Below are positions 38,635 through 47,843 of a DNA stretch of 64,000 nt, piece after piece (position 1 is the stretch's first letter; every line of letters starts with the position of its first letter). The DNA is taken from positions 288,001 through 352,000 of the forward strand of contig OZ220090.1 of NCBI GenBank assembly GCA_964291625.2. The letters run 5' to 3'. The notes under the pieces were generated by a model, which ran no database searches, was not told where the DNA came from, and worked only from the letters and a program-made list of their open reading frames with translations. A program made the translations under genes and the position numbers. Origin of the DNA: Candidatus Latescibacterota bacterium (lineage in GTDB: Bacteria > Latescibacterota > UBA2968 > UBA8231).

Positions 38635-39003
38635 GTGACCGACCTGCCCATCGCCAAGGAACCCTTCTACAGCACCACCCGCCGCGCCGGCGACACCCTC
38701 TACCTGTCCGGCTTCGGCCCCGTCGACACGAAGATGAACGTCGTCGGCCGGGACATCGCCGAGCAGACGCGGTACACCATGCAGCTCATGGTGCAGGCCA
38801 TGAAGAAGGAGGGAGCCACCACCGCGGACCTCGTGCGGGTGAACGTCTTCCTCCTCGACATGGCCGACCGCGACGGCTTCAACCGCGCCTACATGGAGTT
38901 CTTCGACGGGCCGCCCATGCCGACGCGGCGGCTCATCGGCGCCGGCGATCTCTTCAAGGGGATCCTTGTCGAGATCGACGGCATCGCCTGGCTGGGGGAT
39001 TGA
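38635..39003 (+). CDS. RidA/YjgF family protein
   Basis: YS...AGDTLYLSG, DIAEQT, FN..Y.EFF..P.PTR, LVEID. Confidence 0.92.
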   Translation: MTDLPIAKEPFYSTTRRAGDTLYLSGFGPVDTKMNVVGRDIAEQTRYTMQLMVQAMKKEGATTADLVRVNVFLLDMADRDGFNRAYMEFFDGPPMPTRRLIGAGDLFKGILVEIDGIAWLGD

Positions 39004-39006
39004 CAG

Positions 39007-39948
39007 ATGACCACGAGAGTCGGATCGGGGGACCACCGCTTCGAGGAACGGCACGACTGGCCGCGGCTGCCGGAGGGCTGGAGCTTCCGCGAGGTCGTGG
39101 ACGTGGCCGTGGACGGGCAGGACCGGGTCTGCGTCTTCAGCCGGGGCCCGCAGCCGGTCATGGTCTTCGAGGCCGACGGCACCCTGACCGGGGCCTGGGG
39201 CGAGGGCATGTTCACCCGCCCCCACGGCCTCACCGCCGGACCGGACGGCGCCCTCTGGGCCGCCGATGACGACGGCCACTGCGTGCGCCGCTTCACCTGG
39301 GACGGCGAGCTGCAGCTGACCCTCGGCACCCCGGGACAGGGTTCGGCGGTGCACAGCGGAGACCCATTCAACCGCCCCACCAAGGTCGCCGTCGACCCCC
39401 GCTCCGGCGCGATCTACATCGCCGACGGCTATGGCAACGCCAGGGTCCACAAGTACTCCCCCGAAGGCGAGCACCTGCTCTCCTGGGGCGAGTTCGGCAC
39501 CGGCCCCGGGCAGTTCAACCTGGTCCACAGCGTCTGCACCGACGACGCCGGCCGCGTCTACGTCGCCGACCGCGAGAACCACCGCGTCCAGATCTTCGAC
39601 GACCAGGGCGCCTACCTCGATCAGTGGAACGACATGCACCGCCCCTGCGGCCTCCTGGTCTCCGGGGACCGGGCCTACGTCGGCCAGTTGCCCAGCCACC
39701 TCGACGTCAACGCCGCCTACCCGAACATCGGCGCCTGCGTCACCATCCACGACCTCCAGGGGAACCAGCTCGCCCGCCTCGGCGGGGCGCATCCCGGCGA
39801 GGGGCCGGGGGAGTACACGGCGCCCCACGGCTTGGCCGTGGACTCGCGGGGGGATCTCTACGTGGGGGAGGTCTCGTGGAGCGCCTGGGGCCGGCGGTTG
39901 GATCCGCCGCGGCTGGTGCGCTGCTTCCGGAAGCTGGTTCGGGTGTGA
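39007..39948 (+). CDS. NHL-repeat protein, peptidyl-alpha-hydroxyglycine alpha-amidating lyase (PAL)-like
   Basis: PHGL, FNRPT.VA, ADGYGNARVHKY, GQFNLVH, ADRENHRVQIFD. Confidence 0.9.
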   Translation: MTTRVGSGDHRFEERHDWPRLPEGWSFREVVDVAVDGQDRVCVFSRGPQPVMVFEADGTLTGAWGEGMFTRPHGLTAGPDGALWAADDDGHCVRRFTWDGELQLTLGTPGQGSAVHSGDPFNRPTKVAVDPRSGAIYIADGYGNARVHKYSPEGEHLLSWGEFGTGPGQFNLVHSVCTDDAGRVYVADRENHRVQIFDDQGAYLDQWNDMHRPCGLLVSGDRAYVGQLPSHLDVNAAYPNIGACVTIHDLQGNQLARLGGAHPGEGPGEYTAPHGLAVDSRGDLYVGEVSWSAWGRRLDPPRLVRCFRKLVRV

Positions 39949-40030
39949 GGGAAGCCGGAGCGGCCGGGGCTACTCGACCAGTGCTTCTCTGTTGACGCGG
40001 CTGCTGAGCCTTTACCATGGCGGCAGCAGG

Positions 40031-41104
40031 ATGAACAGTTGGACGTTAAGGGAAGTCAAACCGGTTGATTCCCGGCGCCTACCGAACGAGCATGATCTGG
40101 CACATGCTGTCTCCTTCTTTCTTCAGGATGAGCTCTCTGGCCTCTTGCTCGAACTGGAGAGGTCAGACTCGCTGTCCGTTCCCTTCGAACTGACCGAGGG
40201 GGAAGGCGAAGAGCTCGATGGCCTTTCCGGGGAGCAACTATGGGAGTGGCTCGTTCGCTCAGATAGGGCGGACATCGTCGTTGACCTGACCTACCGCCAG
40301 CTCACTGCCGCCGTTGTGGCGGATGCTTGCCATTTCCTATGTGAGTCCCTGCTCGCCAGTGGAAAGGGAAAGCTCACCGTAGCCTATGCCCTACTCCGCA
40401 AGCCGTTCAAAGAGAACCTCCTGTTGCTCGAGTGGCTCTGCGCATCACCCGGGGATCTTCTTCAGAGATTCAACGGGGAATCCATTGGCCCATATGTGCT
40501 CAACCACCTGCCCAAGGAGAAGCGCCTGGAGATAATCCAAGCAGCGGTTACAGCCGTGGACCTTCCGGGAATCGATGCACAGATGCTCTGGTTGATCCGA
40601 TACGACAAGAGATCCCCACGAAGCCTTGAAACCCTCTGGACCAAGGGCACGCATCTGGTCACATCAGTACATGCGTCTGCTACCGAGCCTGGGCATCTGA
40701 ACTTTGTTTTCTCACAGCAAACCGCCATCGAAAGTCAGTGGAAGCATTACTACTCGATCGTGCCGGTGATCCTGCGTTACTTCCTTGCTGTAGCTGAACA
40801 GATCGCAGCTCGTTTTGTTGTGTGGGATGACGAACAACGATCCATTCAGCTCTTTCGTCGGGACCTCGCCCTCCTGCGCTTTGCATCACGGCCTGGGACC
40901 TCGGAGGAACTCCAAGACGATAGCGCTGCAATACTTGCAGATCTAGCTGCCTTCGACTTCAGGTGTGAGAGATGCCACGATGCCGTAGCCGTGGGTGCCG
41001 ATGCCATGGACCGTCTGTGGCTACGGGCAGAAGTGGTGTGCCAGACCTGTGGGCATGCAAACACCCTCTCGGGGGTTCGTGGAAGGGACGAGGAGGAACG
41101 ATGA
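40031..41104 (+). CDS. Lower-GC hypothetical protein, possibly HEPN/DUF5677-like, with C-terminal CxxC...CxxC zinc ribbon
   Basis: YALLRKPFKENL, LWTKGTHLVT, CERC...CQTC; codon usage differs from flanks. Confidence 0.7.
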   Translation: MNSWTLREVKPVDSRRLPNEHDLAHAVSFFLQDELSGLLLELERSDSLSVPFELTEGEGEELDGLSGEQLWEWLVRSDRADIVVDLTYRQLTAAVVADACHFLCESLLASGKGKLTVAYALLRKPFKENLLLLEWLCASPGDLLQRFNGESIGPYVLNHLPKEKRLEIIQAAVTAVDLPGIDAQMLWLIRYDKRSPRSLETLWTKGTHLVTSVHASATEPGHLNFVFSQQTAIESQWKHYYSIVPVILRYFLAVAEQIAARFVVWDDEQRSIQLFRRDLALLRFASRPGTSEELQDDSAAILADLAAFDFRCERCHDAVAVGADAMDRLWLRAEVVCQTCGHANTLSGVRGRDEEER

Positions 41105-41153
41105 CCTGCAGGACAGGGACTGCATGCGATAGTAAGGTCAATGGTTAGCGACG

Positions 41154-41402
41154 ATGAACTGGCCTGCTTGGTGGGATTGGGAACTGGAGTTGTCATCCCA
41201 TCTGGAAAAACGTATGCTCCAGCGTGGTTTTACCGAGATTGACTTGCGCACCATGTTGGAACATGCCATTGCCTATCGTCCCGATTTCATGGAGGGACGC
41301 TGGGTCGTCGAGACGCACCTTCGTCATCAATCGTGGGAGATTGTTGTTGAACCGGATTTGCCGGACGGGTCATTGGTAGTCATTACCGCTTATCCCCTTT
41401 GA
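41154..41402 (+). CDS. DUF4258 family protein (putative toxin)
   Basis: SSHLEKRMLQRG..E.DL...LVVITAYP. Confidence 0.8.
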   Translation: MNWPAWWDWELELSSHLEKRMLQRGFTEIDLRTMLEHAIAYRPDFMEGRWVVETHLRHQSWEIVVEPDLPDGSLVVITAYPL

Positions 41403-41415
41403 GGAGCCCCCATCT

Positions 41416-41685
41416 ATGCGAGAGCAATACTTGGAGATCACCTATCGCAAAGGAAAGCCCTTGGCCGCATATCTCTACTTGCCGGCTGCTTCGGGTGTGA
41501 AGAGTGTACGAACCGAGTCGAGAGATGCAGGTCTGCTGGTGGACTTTGGACCTGGTGACCAACCCATTGGCCTGGAAATCACGGCGCCGGAACAGATTAC
41601 GGTAGCCCAGATCAACGCCGTTCTGCGCAGCCTTGATCTTTCTCCAATGAAGGAGCAGGATCTGTCGCCGCTGCAACCCGTGTGA
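41416..41685 (+). CDS. DUF2283 family protein (putative antitoxin)
   Basis: AAYLYL, LLVDFG..DQPIGLEI; GAGGAG RBS. Confidence 0.8.
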   Translation: MREQYLEITYRKGKPLAAYLYLPAASGVKSVRTESRDAGLLVDFGPGDQPIGLEITAPEQITVAQINAVLRSLDLSPMKEQDLSPLQPV

Positions 41686-41815
41686 CTCTGGAACGAAGGG
41701 GCCTACGTGAGACATCCGAGAATCTGGTAATTTGTGGCCCAGCAGCTCTTGACGGTGACTCTCTCCTTCCATGCCCGGTGCAGGCAACTGAAGTGACGAT
41801 CAGAAGGAGTCTGCA

Positions 41816-43147
41816 ATGCGCTCGAACGCTCGTTGGATGGTGTTGGTCCTCATGTCCGGTATGACTCTCCAACCCGGCTCCGCCCACGGCCAGGAGTTGA
41901 GCCGCGGCAAGCGCTGGGTGCGCAGCCACCCGTTCACCACGATGGCGCTGACGATCGTGCCGAAGACGTTCGACGCCGATCACTACGCCCAGGCCAACCT
42001 GACGAAGCTCCTGGCGTGGAAAATCAAGCCCGGGCTGCTGGAGAAGGCGGCGGCCAAGGGGATGAACTGGCACCAGCACGTGTACCCGCACATGGACGGC
42101 CTGACCGACGAGCTCCAGGCCACGCTGCAGGGGCTGAACGCCGACTATCCCGGGCAGACGGGGTGGCTGGTCTGGGACGAGCCGAATCGGCCGAAGATGT
42201 TCATCGCCGCCAGGACGATCGAGTGGCTCAAGCAGACCTATCCCGAGGCCCTGGTCTACTCCTGCGCCTTCCCGATGGGCGCGACGGCTGAACGGTACTA
42301 CGGAGGGTCGGTGCCCGAGGGTGGGTACAGCTACGAAGAGTATCTGCGCGACTTCGCCACCATCATGGACCCGGACGTGGTGCTGTTCAACGCCTATCCG
42401 TTCATGGAGGACGGCGGGACGAAGAACCTCTTTCCCACCTTGATGACCGCACGCAAGACCGGCAAGGAGATGGACGCGCCGTACTGGGCCTTCGTCCAGG
42501 CATACGCCGACGACAGGCGCGGCTATCGCATGCCCAGTGAGTCGGACGTGCGCATGCAGGTGTTCATGCACCTGACCTGCGGGTACACGGGGATCGCCTA
42601 TTTCACCTACGAGGACCAGCAGGGTCCGGCCATGATCGAGGGGGGCACCGGCCGGCGGCGGCCGATCTACTACCACGTGGCCAGGCTGAACCTCGAAGTG
42701 GGCCACCTCGGCCAGGCGCTGCGCTTCCTGGAGAGCACGGCCGTGCGCTACCTGCCGCAAGGCGGCAACGAGGTCCCCGGCGGCGTTACCGCCTGGAAGC
42801 CGGGCGACGGGGGTGACACGATTATCAGGGCGATCGCCATCGAAGGCGACGAGCCCCCCCCGTCGAAAGACCTTCTGATCGGGTTCTTCAAGGACGACGA
42901 TGGCCGGGACTACTTCATGCTGACGAACCTGTGGCACGGCATGGACGCGTCGTCGGCCGAGCGGGCGGTGACGGTGACGTTGACGCTGGACCCGAGGGTG
43001 AGGGTGATCGGCCGCCTGTCACGCGAAACGGGGCAGCCCGAAGCGCTGGCCGTCGAAGGGGGTGAGTTTCGCATCACCTTGCCGGGCGGCACGGGTGAGC
43101 TGCTCCGCTTCGGCGACGCCAGGTTCCCCGGGCTGGATCAGACGTGA
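41816..43147 (+). CDS. Secreted hypothetical protein, glycoside-hydrolase-like TIM barrel
   Basis: Signal peptide; GWLVWDEP, FNAYP, PYWAFVQ, R.QVF.HL.CG..GI.YF. Confidence 0.75.
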   Translation: MRSNARWMVLVLMSGMTLQPGSAHGQELSRGKRWVRSHPFTTMALTIVPKTFDADHYAQANLTKLLAWKIKPGLLEKAAAKGMNWHQHVYPHMDGLTDELQATLQGLNADYPGQTGWLVWDEPNRPKMFIAARTIEWLKQTYPEALVYSCAFPMGATAERYYGGSVPEGGYSYEEYLRDFATIMDPDVVLFNAYPFMEDGGTKNLFPTLMTARKTGKEMDAPYWAFVQAYADDRRGYRMPSESDVRMQVFMHLTCGYTGIAYFTYEDQQGPAMIEGGTGRRRPIYYHVARLNLEVGHLGQALRFLESTAVRYLPQGGNEVPGGVTAWKPGDGGDTIIRAIAIEGDEPPPSKDLLIGFFKDDDGRDYFMLTNLWHGMDASSAERAVTVTLTLDPRVRVIGRLSRETGQPEALAVEGGEFRITLPGGTGELLRFGDARFPGLDQT

Positions 43148-43202
43148 CGTCACCGCTCACTCTCTTGGCGTCCACTCATCGACATCTCATTCGGAGCGTC
43201 CT

Positions 43203-45749
43203 ATGCCTGAGAGAAGTGCACTCTCACCCTTCTTGGGGCTCTTCCATGGAGTGCTGCTGATGGCCTCGATCCATTCGGCTGCGGACGCACAGATCGAACT
43301 GGCCCATGCGGGAGAGGCCAGGGCTGTCATCGTGGCCGACGAGTGGGTGCCGGAAACGACCGCGGCCTTCAGGCAGCTGTCCGTTTCCGCCGGGGAGGAG
43401 GGAGACCTTCTTGGTGAAACCTTCGAAGGAACGACTGGCAAGTCCATCGAGACCCGGGGATGGACGAGCGTGGAAGGTGCCTATGTCGTTTCCCATGACG
43501 GTGAGGAGGCGGGATACTCGGCCAGGGCCCGCTCCCCTGGCTCTCCGCAGTTTTCGGCGGTTTCCGACAGGAAGCTGTCCCGGCCGCACACGGTCACCGA
43601 GGACGCGCCGTTGACGTTGGAGTTCGTGCTCGTGCGGCCAGCCGACACCAGCCACGAGTCGTGGGCCCACGCTGGCGTTCATACGGAGAGTGGAGAGCGA
43701 TGGGCCCATGGAATCCACATCGCACGGGGCGGCGCCGTCTTCTTCGAGTTCGCGGCCGAAGGGGCCGATCCTGATCGCGTACCGTTGCCCGGCGAGGCGG
43801 GCCGGGTCCTGGATCTGAGAGTGGAGATGCGGCCAACCACCGTCCGGTGGTACTGGCGCAACCATGGGGCCGGCGAGCCATACGAGAGATGCCAGGAAGG
43901 GACGATCGCCGGCCCCGTAACGATTACCGGCGTTCGCATCAGCACGATGACTCATCTCGGAGACAGCAAGAGAGATCTGTCCGGCATTCGCCAGAATGCG
44001 GCAACGGGCGACCTGAAGAAGTATCTCGAGGCCGTCACCGGGGCGGAGTTCGCGATTGCGCCTGCATGGGAAGTCCCCGAGGGCATGACGCGGATTCTCG
44101 TGGGCGATTCGCGTCACGCTCGAGCGCTTGCGCGCGACGTCGATTGGGACTCGCTGGGAACAGATGACATCGTGATCAAGACAGTCGGCGGAGATCTGGT
44201 GCTGGCCGGAGGCCAACCACGGGGCACCGTGTACGCCATCTACACCTTTCTCCAGGACGCGCTCGGTTGCCGCTCGTGGGCACCCGGCGCGGAGAGCATC
44301 CCCAGCCAGTCGAACCTGACCGTGCCGGCCATGGACATTGTGTACCGACCGCCCTTCAACATGCGCGTCCATGCCGGCACGTACGGGGCAACCCACGAAG
44401 CGCGGGTCTGGCATCGGATGAGCTTCGACGTGAACTATGACTGGACCACCCACAGCTTCCCCAAACTGCTGCCCCCCAGTGAGCACTTCCTCGAGCATCC
44501 CGATTGGTACATGTACTGCAAAGAGGATGGCAGCGAGGATGAGAGGTACAGCTATCTGTACACCCTCAGCGCGTTGGAGAGAGAGAGCAAGACCGATCGA
44601 CCGGACTCCGCGTTGATCCGGCAGTATGTGGAAGTCGCCCGGCAGACCCGGCGCCTGCCGGGGCAGCCGTGCCCGAACAGCGAGGGGGGAGAGCGGGTGA
44701 TTACCGCCAACGTCCTGGCCGAGTTGGAGCGCGACTATCCGGGCTGGGTCTATCCGCAGAAGATTGCGTGGGTCCTTCAGGGTGACGGACGGAGCATGTG
44801 CACGTGTGATCGCTGTGACGCGATGCGCCGAGAGGAAGGATCCGACTCGGCCAACTGGATGCGACTGGTGAATGCCATTGCGGAGAAGGTCGAGCGCAAG
44901 TACCCCGATGTCCTCGTCGGCATGTTCGCCTACCTGCATACGGAAGCACCGCCCCGCACGATGCGTCCGCGGAAGAACGTACTGATCTACCAGGCGCTGC
45001 TCGACATGAACCGGCTGGACCCGGTGCCGAGCTACACCTTCCACCGGGAGGCGATGAAGAAGTGGGCCGACATGAGCTCGCAGGTGTTCGTCTGGGACTA
45101 CGACGGCAACTTCCGCCATCACTTCCAGCCCCATCCGAACTACTTCAACATGGGTGTCAACGCCCGATTCTTCCAGGAGATCGGGGTGGACGGCATCCTG
45201 CTCCAGGCCAGCTACGGGACCGCGGCGGACATGGGCCCCATGCGCACCTGGGTGGCCGGGCAGATGATGTGGGATCCACGGCAGGACCAGCGAGAGCTGA
45301 TGGAGGAGTTCCTCAATGGCTACTACGGGGCGGCTGGACCCTATCTGATGGAGTACATCGATGCGATGGTCGCCGCCGCCCACAGCCACGGTGACGACTT
45401 CTGGCTGTCCTGCTTCGAGACCGATACCGCCAACTGGGCGACGCTGGAGGATCTCAACGAAGCGACGCGTCTCTTCGAGGAAGCGGCGGCCGCCGTAGCC
45501 GGGGACGATCTCCTGTCGGAGCGATTGTGGCTGGCTCGATCTTCGCTCGACATGGCTTGGCTGGACCGGTATGACGAGTTGCGACAGGATGCGGAACGGA
45601 GAGGGGTGCCGTTTGGAGGGCCGGAGAGTCCAGTGGAGGTGGTGGATGGATGGGCACCCTATCGGCACGCATGGGGGCAGTTCAAGTTGCCGGGGGAGTT
45701 CTCGGAGTATTTCGACGGCATGCGAGAGAGATTCCCTTCGGCGAATTGA
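43203..45749 (+). CDS. DUF4838-like secreted protein with inserted domain
   Basis: LKKYLEAVTGAEF, LVLAGGQPRGTVYAIYTFL, HSF..LLPP, CTCDRC, FAYLHT..PP, VWDY, MMWDP, YYGAA. Confidence 0.85.
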   Translation: MPERSALSPFLGLFHGVLLMASIHSAADAQIELAHAGEARAVIVADEWVPETTAAFRQLSVSAGEEGDLLGETFEGTTGKSIETRGWTSVEGAYVVSHDGEEAGYSARARSPGSPQFSAVSDRKLSRPHTVTEDAPLTLEFVLVRPADTSHESWAHAGVHTESGERWAHGIHIARGGAVFFEFAAEGADPDRVPLPGEAGRVLDLRVEMRPTTVRWYWRNHGAGEPYERCQEGTIAGPVTITGVRISTMTHLGDSKRDLSGIRQNAATGDLKKYLEAVTGAEFAIAPAWEVPEGMTRILVGDSRHARALARDVDWDSLGTDDIVIKTVGGDLVLAGGQPRGTVYAIYTFLQDALGCRSWAPGAESIPSQSNLTVPAMDIVYRPPFNMRVHAGTYGATHEARVWHRMSFDVNYDWTTHSFPKLLPPSEHFLEHPDWYMYCKEDGSEDERYSYLYTLSALERESKTDRPDSALIRQYVEVARQTRRLPGQPCPNSEGGERVITANVLAELERDYPGWVYPQKIAWVLQGDGRSMCTCDRCDAMRREEGSDSANWMRLVNAIAEKVERKYPDVLVGMFAYLHTEAPPRTMRPRKNVLIYQALLDMNRLDPVPSYTFHREAMKKWADMSSQVFVWDYDGNFRHHFQPHPNYFNMGVNARFFQEIGVDGILLQASYGTAADMGPMRTWVAGQMMWDPRQDQRELMEEFLNGYYGAAGPYLMEYIDAMVAAAHSHGDDFWLSCFETDTANWATLEDLNEATRLFEEAAAAVAGDDLLSERLWLARSSLDMAWLDRYDELRQDAERRGVPFGGPESPVEVVDGWAPYRHAWGQFKLPGEFSEYFDGMRERFPSAN

Positions 45750-45798
45750 CGGGCAGTGGAAGAAGTGTTCCGAACTTCGTGTCGTCTGGGGACGAGTG

Positions 45799-46190
45799 TT
45801 GACTGCTCGCCTTGAGTTCGAGCAGGTGCTGCCGTCCGATGAAGACAGGTTCCGGCAGCTGGTCGATGCCTACTGGCGAAGGGGCCCCAGTTGGATTTGT
45901 CTCTCTCGATTGCTGACACCAGCGCCAAGATCAATGACTTCTACGTCGTTCCGGCGAAGCGCCGGGAGGGTGTCGGATCATTCCTTGTGGGGGCCGTAAC
46001 AGAGATCACCGACGACCTGGGTGTCGATCGGATTGATCTGAGTGTACGTCGCGACAATCCAGGCGCCCTGAAGTTCTGGGAGTCCCAGGGCTTCATGATC
46101 GGACATCACGAGTTGATTCAGTACAGAGATCCGCACAAAGGCATCGGATTTCGGGGAGCTCTCTCATCGGACCTGGACGAGGAAGTCTGA
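45799..46190 (+). pseudogene. GNAT acetyltransferase remnant with internal deletion/frameshift near 45885
   Basis: N-terminal FRQLVDAYWR in one frame; INDFYVVPAKRREGVG...NPGALKFWESQGF in another; central strands appear missing. Confidence 0.65.
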
Positions 46191-46370
46191 ACCCGTCTGC
46201 GGGAAGACGTCCGGACGGACGGAAGTGATCGACTACGAGGATCGGAGTAACGTGGAGCGGAGCGACTGCCAGCGGCGGGCGATTCTGCACGATGTGCGAG
46301 GGCATGAGTTGCTTCAGGGACGGCATGTTGCCACCAAGCCGCTCCGACTCCTGACGGCGTCCCCCTGAGC

Positions 46371-47264
46371 ATGATCTATCCGAGTGCAGTGGCAGGCATC
46401 CTGCGGCACCAGGGCCTCGATGATCCCATCTTCCTCGGAGCGGGCGAGGATGCCTGGGCCTTCGCGCTCTCCGACACCGAGGCGATCCGCATCTTCCCGC
46501 ACGCGTCGAGGAGCTTCGTCTCGGAGTTGGTGCACCTCTACGATCGGCTCCAGGGACACTCCTTCTCCTTCCAGATTCCGCGCATCCATGACGTGCGGAC
46601 CCACGAGGGGATCGTCTACACCATCGAGTCGAGGCTGCCCGGGCGGCCGATGGGGGAGTTCTGCCGGGGGGCCGACGGGGAAGCCCGGCGGCGGGTCCTG
46701 CGGAACTACCTGGAGGCGCTCAGGGAGGTTGGGGAGGTCGAGATCGGCGATCGCGACTTCGGGGGTCTGAGCATCTCAGCGGTCTGGCCTACGGCCGGGA
46801 CGTGGAAGGAGTTCCTCCGCCGGGGGCTGGAGACGTCGTGGGGTCAGATCGGGCCGGGGCTGACGGAAGAGTTCCCCGGCGTTCGGCGGATCATCTCGCG
46901 GCTCGAAGTCCTGATCGAAGAGCGGATGGACTGGGACAGGAAGTCGCTTGTCCATGGCGATGCCTATCCCGGCAATGTCCTGGTCGACGACGACGGAGAG
47001 GTCGCCACGATCCTGGACTTCGGGCGGTACAGCCTGGTCGGAAACCCGCGCCTGGACGTGGCCATCGCCATCGAGCTCACCGAGATCGCTGCGGATTTCA
47101 CCCCGGAGGACACGGAGTACCTGCGCGGCTTGATCGAGGAGGACCCGGCCGCGGCGGCCTACCGCGCCTGGACGGCGATCGTGCTGGCATCCGTGTATGG
47201 CGGCGACTCCCGCATCGTGCGGAAGTGCGTCAGAACCCTGCGCGAGACGGCGGGAGTGCTCTGA
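46371..47264 (+). CDS. Aminoglycoside phosphotransferase (APH/choline kinase) family protein
   Basis: LGAGE, LVHGDAYPGNVL, ILDFG. Confidence 0.88.
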   Translation: MIYPSAVAGILRHQGLDDPIFLGAGEDAWAFALSDTEAIRIFPHASRSFVSELVHLYDRLQGHSFSFQIPRIHDVRTHEGIVYTIESRLPGRPMGEFCRGADGEARRRVLRNYLEALREVGEVEIGDRDFGGLSISAVWPTAGTWKEFLRRGLETSWGQIGPGLTEEFPGVRRIISRLEVLIEERMDWDRKSLVHGDAYPGNVLVDDDGEVATILDFGRYSLVGNPRLDVAIAIELTEIAADFTPEDTEYLRGLIEEDPAAAAYRAWTAIVLASVYGGDSRIVRKCVRTLRETAGVL

Positions 47265-47267
47265 CCC

Positions 47268-47843
47268 ATGGAAGCGGGCTGGTCATCACCCCATGCTCTC
47301 CGGGTGCAGACAACCCGGGTGAGAACCTTCGAACGGGAACGTGTCCGCTGGCCGGTCTCGCTCCGCCGGGGGCACGCGACGGATGCCCGCCGAACCTGGG
47401 TCTTCCCCGATGGGGGCGGGAGCGGCAGGTTCTCGGCGGTAGTCCTCCGTCGGGGGGCCGAGGAGCACCGGATGGCCGGGCGGCGCGGAACCGCCAGCAA
47501 CAGCGTGGTGGCCGAGCTCGACGGGGTCGTGCTGGGTCTGGAGAGCTGCCGACCCCGTGAGAGGGTCACCATCGTCTCCGACTACCTCTGGACGGCCTAC
47601 TACATCAACGGGTGGCGCCGGGTGCATCACCCGTACCTGCGCGAAGGGGTGGACCGGGCGAGGTCCTGCCTCGAGAGGTTGAAGAGCGCCGTGTTCGTGC
47701 ATTACGTGCTGGAGACGGGCGGCGCATGCGCCTTCAGGCGATGGAACGCGGTCGCCCATGACCTGTGCCAGGAACACCCGAGAACGTTGCACTACTGTCA
47801 GGACGCAAGTTCAACTCCACTTCCCATGGCGAGACCACCATGA
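47268..47843 (+). CDS. RNase H-like protein with atypical last catalytic residue
   Basis: WVFPDGG, NSVVAEL.G...GL, VTIVSD, WNAVAHDLC. Confidence 0.65.
   Translation: MEAGWSSPHALRVQTTRVRTFERERVRWPVSLRRGHATDARRTWVFPDGGGSGRFSAVVLRRGAEEHRMAGRRGTASNSVVAELDGVVLGLESCRPRERVTIVSDYLWTAYYINGWRRVHHPYLREGVDRARSCLERLKSAVFVHYVLETGGACAFRRWNAVAHDLCQEHPRTLHYCQDASSTPLPMARPP

Noticed and set aside
39992-40018. Sigma70-like promoter TTGACG...TACCAT
   Set aside because: Spacer is only 15 nt; not supportable without transcript data.
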